DNA from: Bacteroidota bacterium
Lineage (GTDB): Bacteria > Bacteroidota > Bacteroidia > Chitinophagales > Chitinophagaceae
Length of the DNA: 64,000 nt
Assembly (NCBI GenBank): GCA_013288285.1
Contig: JABDCE010000002.1
Coordinates: 2,027 to 66,026, forward strand
Reading direction: 5' to 3'
A program made the translations under genes and the position numbers. This document shows positions 38,873 to 48,994 of this stretch, one piece after another (the first letter of the stretch is position 1; each line of letters starts with the position of its first letter). The notes under the pieces were generated by a model that did not search any database, was not told the DNA's origin, and saw nothing but the letters and a program-made list of their open reading frames with translations.

Positions 38873-40228
38873 TTGGAAAGCTCTGAAGGCGATACGAATA
38901 TTACTGCTTTACTACTACAAATACCCTCCGGTACGTTTTCCCCTACAAACGCAACGATACTTATTATAGCCATACTCATACTGCTGCTTACATCTGCTGT
39001 TATTGCCGGAGCTGAGACCGCATTTTTCTCGTTGTCTGTAAAAGACATCAACTACCTGAAAACAAAGGAAAAGACCAATGCCCGCATAGCATCACAGTTA
39101 CTGGAACACCCCAAGATGCTGCTGGCAAGCATACTCGTTGCCAATAACTTCACCAACATCGCCATAGTAATCAGCACCAATTTCCTGGTCACGTCCTTAC
39201 TGTCTCATGATATTAACCGTATTATCTCCTTCCTGATACAGGTGGTCTGTGTCACCTTTTTGCTGGTGTTGTTCGGCGAAGTATTACCAAAGGTATACGC
39301 AACACAAAACAATCTGCGTATGGCATTGTTCTCAGCGCCTTTTATAAAGGTGCTGATGACCATATTCAAACCCATCAGCCGAACGCTGGTCAATTCCACC
39401 AATTTCATAGAAGGTAAGATGGGCTCTAAAAACAGTAAGAATATCAGCAACGAAGATTTTGAGCATGCCATAGAACTAACGGTGGGACACACGGCCACGC
39501 GGGAAGAAGTAAATATTTTCAAAGGCATACTTAAATTCGGAAACATCTCTGCAAAGCAGGTAATGCGTACACGCCTTGATGTGAGTGCCATTGACCACGA
39601 CATGACTTTTCCGGAAGTAAGAACGTACTGCCTTGAAGTAGGTTATTCACGCCTGCCCGTATACAAAGAAAGCCTCGACCATGTATCCGGGGTCATACAT
39701 ACAAAGGATTTTCTGCCACACATTGATAAAGACGATTTTGACTGGCATACGCTTATCCGCCCGGCATACTTCGTACATGAAAGCAAACCTATTGAAGACC
39801 TGCTCAAAGAATTTCAGCAGAAACGCATGCACTTCGCCATAGTCGTTGATGAATTTGGTGGCACTTCAGGCATCATTACCCTTGAGGATATCATGGAAGA
39901 AATAATCGGCGATATCAAGGATGAATTTGATGAAGAAGACCTGCATTACAAAAAAGTAGACGACAACAACTTCATCTTCGAAGGCAAAACACTCATTAAT
40001 GACGTATGCCGTGTGCTTGGTGTTCCATCAGATACTTTTGATACCGTGCGCGGCGAGAGCGACTCACTGGCCGGGCTTATCATAGAGATATCGGGCAAAT
40101 TTGCCTCAGTAAATGAAACGGTAAATTATGAGCATTACGAGTTCACCGTCCTCGCTATCGAGAAGATGCGTATACAGCGCGTGAAAGTAACCATACACGA
40201 AACGACAGACGAAGAAGCTGAAGATTAA
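38873..40228 (+). CDS. gldE: GldE-like CNNM/CBS/CorC protein
   Basis: AGAETAFFSL, LFGEVLPKVYA, YSRLPVY, VVDEFGGTSGIITLEDI, FEGKTLIND; mutY-ssb-gldE order. Confidence 0.88.
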   Translation: MESSEGDTNITALLLQIPSGTFSPTNATILIIAILILLLTSAVIAGAETAFFSLSVKDINYLKTKEKTNARIASQLLEHPKMLLASILVANNFTNIAIVISTNFLVTSLLSHDINRIISFLIQVVCVTFLLVLFGEVLPKVYATQNNLRMALFSAPFIKVLMTIFKPISRTLVNSTNFIEGKMGSKNSKNISNEDFEHAIELTVGHTATREEVNIFKGILKFGNISAKQVMRTRLDVSAIDHDMTFPEVRTYCLEVGYSRLPVYKESLDHVSGVIHTKDFLPHIDKDDFDWHTLIRPAYFVHESKPIEDLLKEFQQKRMHFAIVVDEFGGTSGIITLEDIMEEIIGDIKDEFDEEDLHYKKVDDNNFIFEGKTLINDVCRVLGVPSDTFDTVRGESDSLAGLIIEISGKFASVNETVNYEHYEFTVLAIEKMRIQRVKVTIHETTDEEAED

Positions 40229-40231
40229 AAT

Positions 40232-40274
40232 TAAAAGCAGATGGGCCGGGAAATCCCCGGCCCATCTGCTTTTA
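40232..40274. terminator. Bidirectional intrinsic terminator
   Basis: taaaagcagatgggccggg-aaatc-cccggcccatctgctttta. Confidence 0.9.
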
Positions 40275-40288
40275 TAACATTTGCCTGC

Positions 40289-43200
40289 TTATTGTTCTAT
40301 TACTACGTGGAACACCTGGCTATCATCACCCGAGCTCACTTTCAGCAGATACATACCGCTTGCTATAGTATTTTTCAACAGCACTGTTTCATTAAGTTTG
40401 CCACCGGTAGCTATTGCTGTATTGCTGTATACTACCTGGCCCAGCATATCCGTGATCACTATGGCCACGTCTTTATCGCTATTACCTACACTACCCGTTA
40501 TAGCAAATGTCCCCTTGTTCGGATTAGGCAATACGCTGATATTGCTGCCCTGCCCAAGCTGGTGAACATTATCACCCGCACCAAACACATTGACATACAT
40601 TTTATCGCTTGTTGACGATGCAGGGCACATACCGCCACTGTTCACTACACAGGTAATAACATCTCCGCTTGCGGGAGTGGTCTCTGTATATGAGGTAAAG
40701 GTCTCACCCGGTAATGGAGTAGCGCCATTCATCCATTGATAGGTGGTAGTAGGTGTAGCATTACTTACCGTAACCGTATACGTGATGCTCTGGCCAATCG
40801 GCACACTCAATCCCGGAGAAGCGCTGACAGTCACATCCGGCACAACCGGCGTATTAACCGTTATGGTCGTGAAGGCAGTTACAGTTGCAGGTACCGCGCA
40901 GGTGGCATTGCTGGCCATTTCTACAGTTACCACATCAGCATTTACAGGTGTATAGCTATATGACGTGGTACTCGTGCCTACATTTGAGCCGTTCACTTTC
41001 CATTGATATACCGGAGCTGATCCTGTATAACCGGCAGTGGTAACGAACGTGATCGCTGTACCGGCGCAAACTGTATCGCCCGGAAGACTGAAGATCGAGA
41101 CAGACGGAGTTACTATAGGATCTATTGTTATTGAGGCGCTGCCTCCCATTGTAGCAGAGCATAAGAGTGTAGTGTCTGTAGCCGTTACGGTGTAAAATCC
41201 GGGTGTTGCGAATACTCCATAATCAAGGCCAAGCCCGGTACCATCTAAACTGTCAATAACAGAACCATCATGAAGATAATACCTCGTGCCGGGTACGGAA
41301 CTACTAAGTAGTACATGCTCACCAAGACCACCAGCGCAATAGCTACCACCGCCCGTGACGCTAAACGCAGTTGGCAAGGGTAGTACAGTAACGGGAGTAG
41401 TGACGGTACAACTGACGCCAGTAGTATATGTGATCGTGGCAACGCCCGGCAGAAGGCCGGTTACTGTAGTACCCGATATGGACGCGATGCCGCCGGAGGA
41501 AACACTCCATGCGCCTCCACGTATCAGGTCAGTGAGGAAGCTGGTTGCTCCTTTGCATATACTTATGTTGCCCGATATTGGCAACGGCGTGGTATAAACG
41601 TTGATCGTATCCAATACCTGACAACCAGTTATTGGCAGCGTATAACTGATAACTGCGGTGCCGGCAGACAGGCCCATTATAGAATCAGTGAAGTAGTCCA
41701 ACGCAACTGTAGGATCAAGTGTATTCCATATACCTCCTGTTATCGTATCGGTGAGCAATATGCTGAATCCGGTACATACATTTCCCGGTCCGTTTATTTT
41801 GTCTGGTATCGGGTTCACGGTCAAACCAGATACAATGCTGCAACCGGTTGGCAGCGTATAGGTAATACTAGCCGAACCGGGAGCATAGGCGGTAACCAAC
41901 CCACCGGGCGTCATAGTTACAAGCGTACTTGTCCATATACCTCCGGGATCATCGTCCGACACTGTATTTGTAGTGCCGCCGGCGCACATATCCGTTACCC
42001 CTGATATAGGATCAGGGATAGGATTCACCGTCACTGTTAAGGTCGCTGCACATCCTGCAACCAACGAATAAGAAATAGTTGCTGTACCAGCTGTTATACC
42101 CATTGTCAGTCCTGAAGACGGATTCACACTTACCGCCAGAGACAGACTATTCCATGTACCTCCTGTCAGTGGGTCGCTCAGCGCAATGTTTGCACCGGGG
42201 CAGGCGCTTGTCGGCCCTATTATTGCAGGTATAGGAACATCAACATTCAAGGTGGTTGACGTTGAGCAAATACCACCAAGTATGTAAGTAATAGTCACGG
42301 TACCTGGCGTTCTTCCCGCGGCCAGACCCGTCAGTAAATTGATCGTCGCGACAGCGGAATTGCTGGTTGTCCATGTGCCTCCGCTAAAGCCATCGCTCAA
42401 TGCAGTAGATGCGCCTGCGCAAACATCACTGAATCCTACTATAGCTGTAGGTATTGGAACAATGGTTATAGGGACTGTGGTATACGCGCTGCCGCATGAG
42501 CCGCTGACTATGTAACTAATAATTGCAGTACCTGCCGACATACCGCTAACGGCCCCTGCAACCACTGTGGCGTTTGTACTGCTGCTGGCCCATGTACCAC
42601 CGCCCGTGGCATCGGAAAGATTTATTCCTGACCCTGCGCATACAGAAGATGGCCCGACGATAGTACCTGCCGAAAGTGATGAAACCACAGACACATTCAC
42701 AGTGGTCTGGTCAGTTACTGTGCCGCAATCGATCACTTGTACCTTGAAAGCATCGGAGCCTGTAAAACCAGGTGTTGGTGTATAGTAAAGGCCGGTTGGA
42801 GTAACTACACTCCCTGTAGATGTGCCAGAATAAGTTGCAGACAACGTACCATGTGATGGTGGTGTTACAACAGTCCAGTTCTCCGGTTGCCCTGCGTCCG
42901 CATCTTTTATAGCCAGCAACGTGTTGATGGGATCGAATGTGGAGTTGATACATACCGTCAACCCCTGCGTATGGCCCCCAACGAATGTAGGCGGCGTATC
43001 ATAGATTGTTATTTTACGTATACGTTCGTTACCAAAATCATATACATAGACGTTCCCAACATTGTCTGTAGCTACGCCAGAAGCGTCAACCATCTGTGCG
43101 GCTGTAGCAGGGCCACCATCACCACTGAATCCGGACACAGAGCCTCCAGCTAATGTAGTTATGATACCGGTGGGATCAACCTTGCGTACACGATGATTGC

Positions 43201-45403
43201 TCCAGTCACCAATGTATAGATTGCCTGTAGCGTCAGCGGCAATTTCGTAATTAAAATTCAGTTGTGCTGTGGTCGCCGGACCATTGTCTCCACTATAACC
43301 TATTGTACCATTACCTGCTACAGTGCTGATGATACCAGAAGTATTTATTTTTCGTACAATATGATCTTGAGATAAGGACAAGAACAGATTACCCAATCCA
43401 TCGATCGCTAATCCGGATACCAGTCCGATCTGTGCGGCAGTAGCAGGGAATCCGTCTCCGGTTTCTGCGGAGATTCCGGTACCTGCGACAGTAGTAATTA
43501 TGCCTGTTGGGTCTACTTTCCGTACCCGGAAATTAATATCATCAGCAATGTATAGATTACCTGCGGCGTCTAATGCAAGACCATCTGGAGTATTTAATTG
43601 TGCGGCAGTAGCAGGGCCATTGTCACCCAAATAAGCCGCAACCCCGGTACCGGCAATTGTTGTCATGATCCCTGATGCACTTATCTTCCGCACCCGGTTA
43701 TTATTATTATCGCACACATACACGTTCCCGGAGGCATCCGCAACAACAGCCGTCGGCCCGTTCACCTGCGCGGTAGTAGCAGCAATGCCATCCCCATTAT
43801 AACCTGGTGTTCCAGTGCCCCCTATTGTAGAAATAATACCCAAGGAGCTTATTTTACGGATACCAGAGTTCAGATCGTCGGCGAGATATACATTACCCGA
43901 TGGATCAGTTGCCAGGCCATAACCTTGCTCTACATTAGCGGCTGTTGCCGGACCACCATCACCGCTGGTGCCAGGTATACCGTTTCCTGCTATTGTCGCA
44001 ATAGTGTTTAGCGCACATGTAGACACGAACGGAGTTACAGTAACATGCACAAAAGTAGTGTCTGAAAATGTTCCGTCATTTATACGCACCTTGAAAGAGT
44101 CAAGGCCGGTGTAGCCGGTATTGGGTGTATAAGATAAACCAACCGGCGTTATACTTCCTCCCGTAGAAGTGGTAGTATAGGCAGCAACGGCAGTTCCTTT
44201 AAATGGGCCAGACACCAGGCTCCATGTTTCAGTCTGTCCGAAATTCAGATCAGTGATTGCCAGTATGGAGTTAGTAGGATTAGCAACAGAATTCTGAGCA
44301 ACAGTTAATGTTGTGCTGTGTCCGACATTAAACAAGGGGGCAGTATTAGGCTGTGTAATTTTACGTATCGCATTGTTGAACCAGTCAGCAATGTAAAGGT
44401 TTCCCGAACCGTCTACAGCCAGGTCGGTCGGCGAATTGAATTCACAGGTTGCCGGAGCCCCTCCGTCTCCCAGGTAGCCTGAAACACCGGTACCCGCAAT
44501 CGTATTGATTATACCAGATGGGTTAACTTTCCGTATTACCCTGTGTGTAAAGTCAGACACATATATATTCCCCGCAGCATCCACAGCTACCCCGTAAGCA
44601 TTTATTTGTGCGGCTGTTGCGGCAAAACCATCTCCCGAATAGCCTGGAGTTCCATTACCCACGACAGTTGTTATATTTCCCGAAAGATCTACTTTACGCA
44701 CTACACTACCCTGATCGCTGAAATAAACATTCCCTGCCGGATCGGTAGTGATACATAACGGATTCGCCACCTTCGCAGCCGTTGCAGGTCCACCATTACC
44801 GGTATAACCGGATACACCAGTACCCGCAAACGTAGATATGACACCTGACGTATTCACTTTGCGCACACGAAAGTCAGCCCCATCTGTAATATACATATTC
44901 CCGGTAGCATCCATCGCTACATCCTGTGGATTATTCAACGTACCTGCCGTGGCAGGACCACCATCACCCAATAAGCCGCCACCGCCGGCAAAATCAGAGA
45001 TAGTACCACCCGTACTTATTTTACGAATACGATTATTGCCATAATCTGAAAAATATATGTTGCCAGCCGCATCGCCTGTAATCCCATAAGGACTGTGCAT
45101 AGTAGCTGCCGTGGCTGGCCCGCCATCACCTGCATTACCCACAGAGCCGGTTCCACATATACTCGTAATGATACCGAGGGAATTCACCTTCCTGATGCGG
45201 GCCTCACCTGTACCTGAAATAAATACATTACCGGAGCCATCGGCATATACGCCCCAGGCCTGAGTCAACTCTGCGGCTGTAGCGGGACCATTATTGCCTA
45301 TAGTGCCCAGCGTGCCATTACCGGCCATTGTCGTAATAATTTGCGCTCCGGCATGCAGAGAAAGGGTCGATAAAAGTAAAATGCTTAGAATAGATTTCTT
45401 CAT
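40289..45403 (-). CDS. Large T9SS-secreted surface protein: 2 x (NHL propeller + cadherin/Big_9-like domain), tandem Ig-like repeats, type A CTD
   Basis: Signal MKKSIL..AGAQ; GDGGPATAA repeats; YTPxxG(Y/F)TGxDxFKV twice; repeated VCxG..LSDxxxGGxW..GTAxISY; LPNPNKG..GMYLLKV. Confidence 0.92.
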   Translation of the reverse strand: MKKSILSILLLSTLSLHAGAQIITTMAGNGTLGTIGNNGPATAAELTQAWGVYADGSGNVFISGTGEARIRKVNSLGIITSICGTGSVGNAGDGGPATAATMHSPYGITGDAAGNIYFSDYGNNRIRKISTGGTISDFAGGGGLLGDGGPATAGTLNNPQDVAMDATGNMYITDGADFRVRKVNTSGVISTFAGTGVSGYTGNGGPATAAKVANPLCITTDPAGNVYFSDQGSVVRKVDLSGNITTVVGNGTPGYSGDGFAATAAQINAYGVAVDAAGNIYVSDFTHRVIRKVNPSGIINTIAGTGVSGYLGDGGAPATCEFNSPTDLAVDGSGNLYIADWFNNAIRKITQPNTAPLFNVGHSTTLTVAQNSVANPTNSILAITDLNFGQTETWSLVSGPFKGTAVAAYTTTSTGGSITPVGLSYTPNTGYTGLDSFKVRINDGTFSDTTFVHVTVTPFVSTCALNTIATIAGNGIPGTSGDGGPATAANVEQGYGLATDPSGNVYLADDLNSGIRKISSLGIISTIGGTGTPGYNGDGIAATTAQVNGPTAVVADASGNVYVCDNNNNRVRKISASGIMTTIAGTGVAAYLGDNGPATAAQLNTPDGLALDAAGNLYIADDINFRVRKVDPTGIITTVAGTGISAETGDGFPATAAQIGLVSGLAIDGLGNLFLSLSQDHIVRKINTSGIISTVAGNGTIGYSGDNGPATTAQLNFNYEIAADATGNLYIGDWSNHRVRKVDPTGIITTLAGGSVSGFSGDGGPATAAQMVDASGVATDNVGNVYVYDFGNERIRKITIYDTPPTFVGGHTQGLTVCINSTFDPINTLLAIKDADAGQPENWTVVTPPSHGTLSATYSGTSTGSVVTPTGLYYTPTPGFTGSDAFKVQVIDCGTVTDQTTVNVSVVSSLSAGTIVGPSSVCAGSGINLSDATGGGTWASSSTNATVVAGAVSGMSAGTAIISYIVSGSCGSAYTTVPITIVPIPTAIVGFSDVCAGASTALSDGFSGGTWTTSNSAVATINLLTGLAAGRTPGTVTITYILGGICSTSTTLNVDVPIPAIIGPTSACPGANIALSDPLTGGTWNSLSLAVSVNPSSGLTMGITAGTATISYSLVAGCAATLTVTVNPIPDPISGVTDMCAGGTTNTVSDDDPGGIWTSTLVTMTPGGLVTAYAPGSASITYTLPTGCSIVSGLTVNPIPDKINGPGNVCTGFSILLTDTITGGIWNTLDPTVALDYFTDSIMGLSAGTAVISYTLPITGCQVLDTINVYTTPLPISGNISICKGATSFLTDLIRGGAWSVSSGGIASISGTTVTGLLPGVATITYTTGVSCTVTTPVTVLPLPTAFSVTGGGSYCAGGLGEHVLLSSSVPGTRYYLHDGSVIDSLDGTGLGLDYGVFATPGFYTVTATDTTLLCSATMGGSASITIDPIVTPSVSIFSLPGDTVCAGTAITFVTTAGYTGSAPVYQWKVNGSNVGTSTTSYSYTPVNADVVTVEMASNATCAVPATVTAFTTITVNTPVVPDVTVSASPGLSVPIGQSITYTVTVSNATPTTTYQWMNGATPLPGETFTSYTETTPASGDVITCVVNSGGMCPASSTSDKMYVNVFGAGDNVHQLGQGSNISVLPNPNKGTFAITGSVGNSDKDVAIVITDMLGQVVYSNTAIATGGKLNETVLLKNTIASGMYLLKVSSGDDSQVFHVVIEQ

Positions 45404-45660
45404 AGGTTCTAATTTTAAAAACTTCCACAGGAAATATCTTTCCGGCAGATTTAACATTGACGAAACACAATGACTACAAAAACTTAAATCACGGCGTTGT
45501 TTTACCCCCTAAATTTAAAAAAAAATACAATGAAAACAACATTTTGAGGGGAAAAATGTGCACGAAATACGAAAAAAATATTTTGAAATGCTGCGGACTG
45601 GGATAGTACCGGTAGTTACGCGATGCTTTAATGCAATTTTTTATGCCTGTCTTTTAAAAT

Positions 45661-48600
45661 TTAAGCGCTCTTTTCACCCTGCTGCTCATCGGTCTTTTTC
45701 TTGTCATGCGCTATTTCGAACTCCAGCTCTGCGTCTATATTTTCTTCTTCAGCGCGCTTTGCTTTTTCCATCAGTTCTTCGTGGTGAGCCAGCAGGTATT
45801 CCAGCTTCTTTTTACCGTAAGAGAAACGCGTAATGACCACAAACAGCACGGGCACAATAAATATGGCTATAGAGGAAGCCGCTAACATGCCCCCCAGCAC
45901 AGTAAAGCCAATGGTATTTCGGGCCACACCACCTGCCCCCCTGGCAAAAACAAGCGGCAGCACGCCCAGTATGAACGCGAGAGATGTCATGATAATAGGG
46001 CGCAATCGCAACTTTACGGCTTCGAGAGTGGATTTGATCAGTTCCTCGCCTCTGTCCACACGTACCTTGGCAAACTCCACAATGAGTATGGCATTCTTTG
46101 CCGATAACCCGATCAGCGTAATAAGCCCTATCTGTGCATACACATTATTGGTAAGACGGGGCACGCACATGAGCATAAGTATAGCCCCAAATGCACTGAT
46201 AGGCACTGCAAGCATTACGGAGAATGGTACCGACCAGCTTTCATACAGCGCGGCAAGGAACAGGAATACGAACGTAATGGAGAAGATAAAGATGTATACG
46301 GTAGTCGATCCTGCTTTGATCTCTTCATAGCTTAACCCTGAAAATTCATAGGTATAACCTTGCGGCAGATACTTCTCCGCTGTTTCCTTAAGCGCATCTA
46401 TCCCTTGCCCGGTGCTATATCCCGGTGGAGTCGATCCGTCTACTTCTGCCGACCGGAAGATATTAAAGTGTGTGACCAATGGCGGCGCTTCTGTAGGCTT
46501 ATAGTTGATCAGAGTACTGAGCGGCACCATATTACCCGCCTGGTTGCGCACATAATATTTATCCATGTTCGACACCAGCGCACGGAAAGTTGTATCGGCC
46601 TGAACCACGACATGGTAAGTACGGTTATACAACGTAAAATTGTTCACAAACAAACTACCCATAAATGCCTGCATGGTGGTAAATACGTCTGAGATATTGA
46701 CCCCGAGTTTTTCGCATTTTTCCCGGTCCAGGTTCAGTTCATAGCTCGGTGTATGTGCCGAATAGTAACTGAACGCAGTGGATATAGGTGGATTCTTATG
46801 TGCCTCAGCCACAAACTTTTTCACCACTTTCTCAAACGCGTGTACATCGTCACTGGTATTACCCTGCTCTATCTGCATACTGAAACCCGCTGCCTGGCCT
46901 ATACCTCGTATGGGTGGTGGTGGTATCACTACGATAGTGGCGTTTTTTATTCCAGCCGCCGCTATGCGCTTCTTCATTACATCCATTATCCCCGGCACCT
47001 GCTCTTCCGGCTTGGTGCGATCTTCCCATGGTTTGAGCATGCAAAAAATGGTACCGCAGTTAGAGGTAGTTCCCGAATTAAGGATATTCAACCCCGACAA
47101 TGCCGCAAAATGATTGACCCCTGGCGTAGCGCCTACTATCTGCATCAGTTTAGTGATCACTTCTACCGATTGCGTGGTAGATGTAGCTTCCGGTAACTGG
47201 TAAGTAATATACAGTCGCCCCTCATCTTCTGACGGGATAAAACCGCGGGGCTTGGCTTTAAAGAGCAACACCGTGCCCACACAGATGCATACGAGCAAAA
47301 TGATGATATACTTTGAACCATTGATGCTATGACGCACACCATTGCCATATTTTTCCGTCAGTTTATCAAACCCTGCGTCAAACCACGCAAAGAACTTAGA
47401 CACCAGGTTCTTCTTCTTTTTCTTGTTCGAAGGCTTCAACAGCAATGTACACAATGCCGGAGTGAGCGACAAAGCAATGAATGCAGACAGCATTACCGAT
47501 ATAGCAATAGTAATGGCAAATTGCTGGTACAGGCGGCCCACAATGCCCGGAATAAATCCTACCGGAACAAACACTGCCGCAAGTATTAGCGCAATAGCCA
47601 CCACCGGCGCAGATATATCTTTCATTGCCTGGTAGGTAGCCTCTTTTGCCGACATACCTTTCTCATCTATATAGTGCTGCACAGCTTCTACTACAATGAT
47701 AGCATCATCCACTACAATACCTATCGCCAGCACAAAACCAAACATGGTAAGCGTATTGATCGTAAACCCGAGCGGGATAAAAAAGCAGAACGTACCGAGA
47801 ATGGATACCGGTATAGCAAGAATAGGAATTAGCGTAGAGCGAAGATTCTGAAGGAACAATAATACCACTATAGCTACCAGTCCCAGCGCCTTCAGCAAAG
47901 TCTCTATTACTTCGCGCATAGACACCTTGATAATAGTTATCGATTCAAAAGGCACTTTATAGTCGATATCAGTAGGAAATGATTTTTTAAGTTGCTCCAA
48001 TGCCGCATAAACGTTATTCGCAGTTTCAAGGGCGTTACTTCCCGGAGCCTGGTATATCATCAGGTAAGACGACGGCTTACCATCTACGAACGAGTTGCTT
48101 GAAAAGGTGAATTTACCCAACTCTACCCGGGCAACATCCTTCAGGTAGATTAATTCGCCAGTCGCTGGTATCGTTTTCACAATCACCTTTTCAAAATCAG
48201 AGGCGTTCTTCAACTGACCGTTTACCAATATACCCAGCTCATAGGTCTGGTCTCCCTGTTGCGGTGGAGCTCCTGCCGATCCTGCCGCTACCTGCACATT
48301 CTGCGCGTTCAGTGCAGCGATCACATCCTGTGGCGTAAGGCTATATGCCGCCATTTTTTCAGGGTTCATCCATACCCGCATACTGAACTGGTCTGTTCGT
48401 GCGGTTACGTCCCCTACTCCAGGCACACGCAGCATAGCGTCCTGTATGAATATGCTGGTATAGTTATCCATAAAGGTGCGGCTATGGGTACCTTTTGGCG
48501 AATAGATAGCTACCATCAGCAGCATACTTGGATTTCTCGCGCGCACGGTAAGCCCCAGCCTGCTTACCACCGAAGGCAGCAGTGGCGTGGCGATACCTAC

Positions 48601-48933
48601 ACGGTTCTGTACGTTCAGTGCAGCTATGTGTACGTTGGTACCTATCTTGAATGTTACATTTATGCTTACTGCGCCACTGTTTGTATTAGTGCTCTGCATA
48701 TACTCCATGCCGGGCGTACCATTCACCTGCTCTTCTATAGGGGTCGCTACTGTTTGTTCTACGGTCTGTGCATCAGCACCGGTATATTGCCCTGATACAG
48801 ATACGGCCGGAGGAGTAATATTCGGGTATTGGTCAACGGCCAGGTTGAAAATACATATAGTCCCCGATATCATCAATACGATAGATATCACGATCGCGGT
48901 AACGGGCCTTTTGATAAATGTATTTGCAATCAT
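45661..48933 (-). CDS. HAE1-family RND efflux transporter (paralog 2)
   Basis: FIKRPV, IVVDDAIIVVE, AKNAILIVEF, RLRPIIMTSLAF. Confidence 0.96.
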   Translation of the reverse strand: MIANTFIKRPVTAIVISIVLMISGTICIFNLAVDQYPNITPPAVSVSGQYTGADAQTVEQTVATPIEEQVNGTPGMEYMQSTNTNSGAVSINVTFKIGTNVHIAALNVQNRVGIATPLLPSVVSRLGLTVRARNPSMLLMVAIYSPKGTHSRTFMDNYTSIFIQDAMLRVPGVGDVTARTDQFSMRVWMNPEKMAAYSLTPQDVIAALNAQNVQVAAGSAGAPPQQGDQTYELGILVNGQLKNASDFEKVIVKTIPATGELIYLKDVARVELGKFTFSSNSFVDGKPSSYLMIYQAPGSNALETANNVYAALEQLKKSFPTDIDYKVPFESITIIKVSMREVIETLLKALGLVAIVVLLFLQNLRSTLIPILAIPVSILGTFCFFIPLGFTINTLTMFGFVLAIGIVVDDAIIVVEAVQHYIDEKGMSAKEATYQAMKDISAPVVAIALILAAVFVPVGFIPGIVGRLYQQFAITIAISVMLSAFIALSLTPALCTLLLKPSNKKKKKNLVSKFFAWFDAGFDKLTEKYGNGVRHSINGSKYIIILLVCICVGTVLLFKAKPRGFIPSEDEGRLYITYQLPEATSTTQSVEVITKLMQIVGATPGVNHFAALSGLNILNSGTTSNCGTIFCMLKPWEDRTKPEEQVPGIMDVMKKRIAAAGIKNATIVVIPPPPIRGIGQAAGFSMQIEQGNTSDDVHAFEKVVKKFVAEAHKNPPISTAFSYYSAHTPSYELNLDREKCEKLGVNISDVFTTMQAFMGSLFVNNFTLYNRTYHVVVQADTTFRALVSNMDKYYVRNQAGNMVPLSTLINYKPTEAPPLVTHFNIFRSAEVDGSTPPGYSTGQGIDALKETAEKYLPQGYTYEFSGLSYEEIKAGSTTVYIFIFSITFVFLFLAALYESWSVPFSVMLAVPISAFGAILMLMCVPRLTNNVYAQIGLITLIGLSAKNAILIVEFAKVRVDRGEELIKSTLEAVKLRLRPIIMTSLAFILGVLPLVFARGAGGVARNTIGFTVLGGMLAASSIAIFIVPVLFVVITRFSYGKKKLEYLLAHHEELMEKAKRAEEENIDAELEFEIAHDKKKTDEQQGEKSA

Positions 48934-48994
48934 CGTTCAAGTCAGAAATTGATCGCCGGCATCAAAAATGATCCGGGCAAATGCTATTCAGGCA

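Noticed and set aside
40289-45403. RHS/teneurin toxin or diversity-generating retroelement target
   Set aside because: No YD shell, toxin tip, immunity gene or reverse transcriptase; the repeats are protein-level and diverged in DNA.
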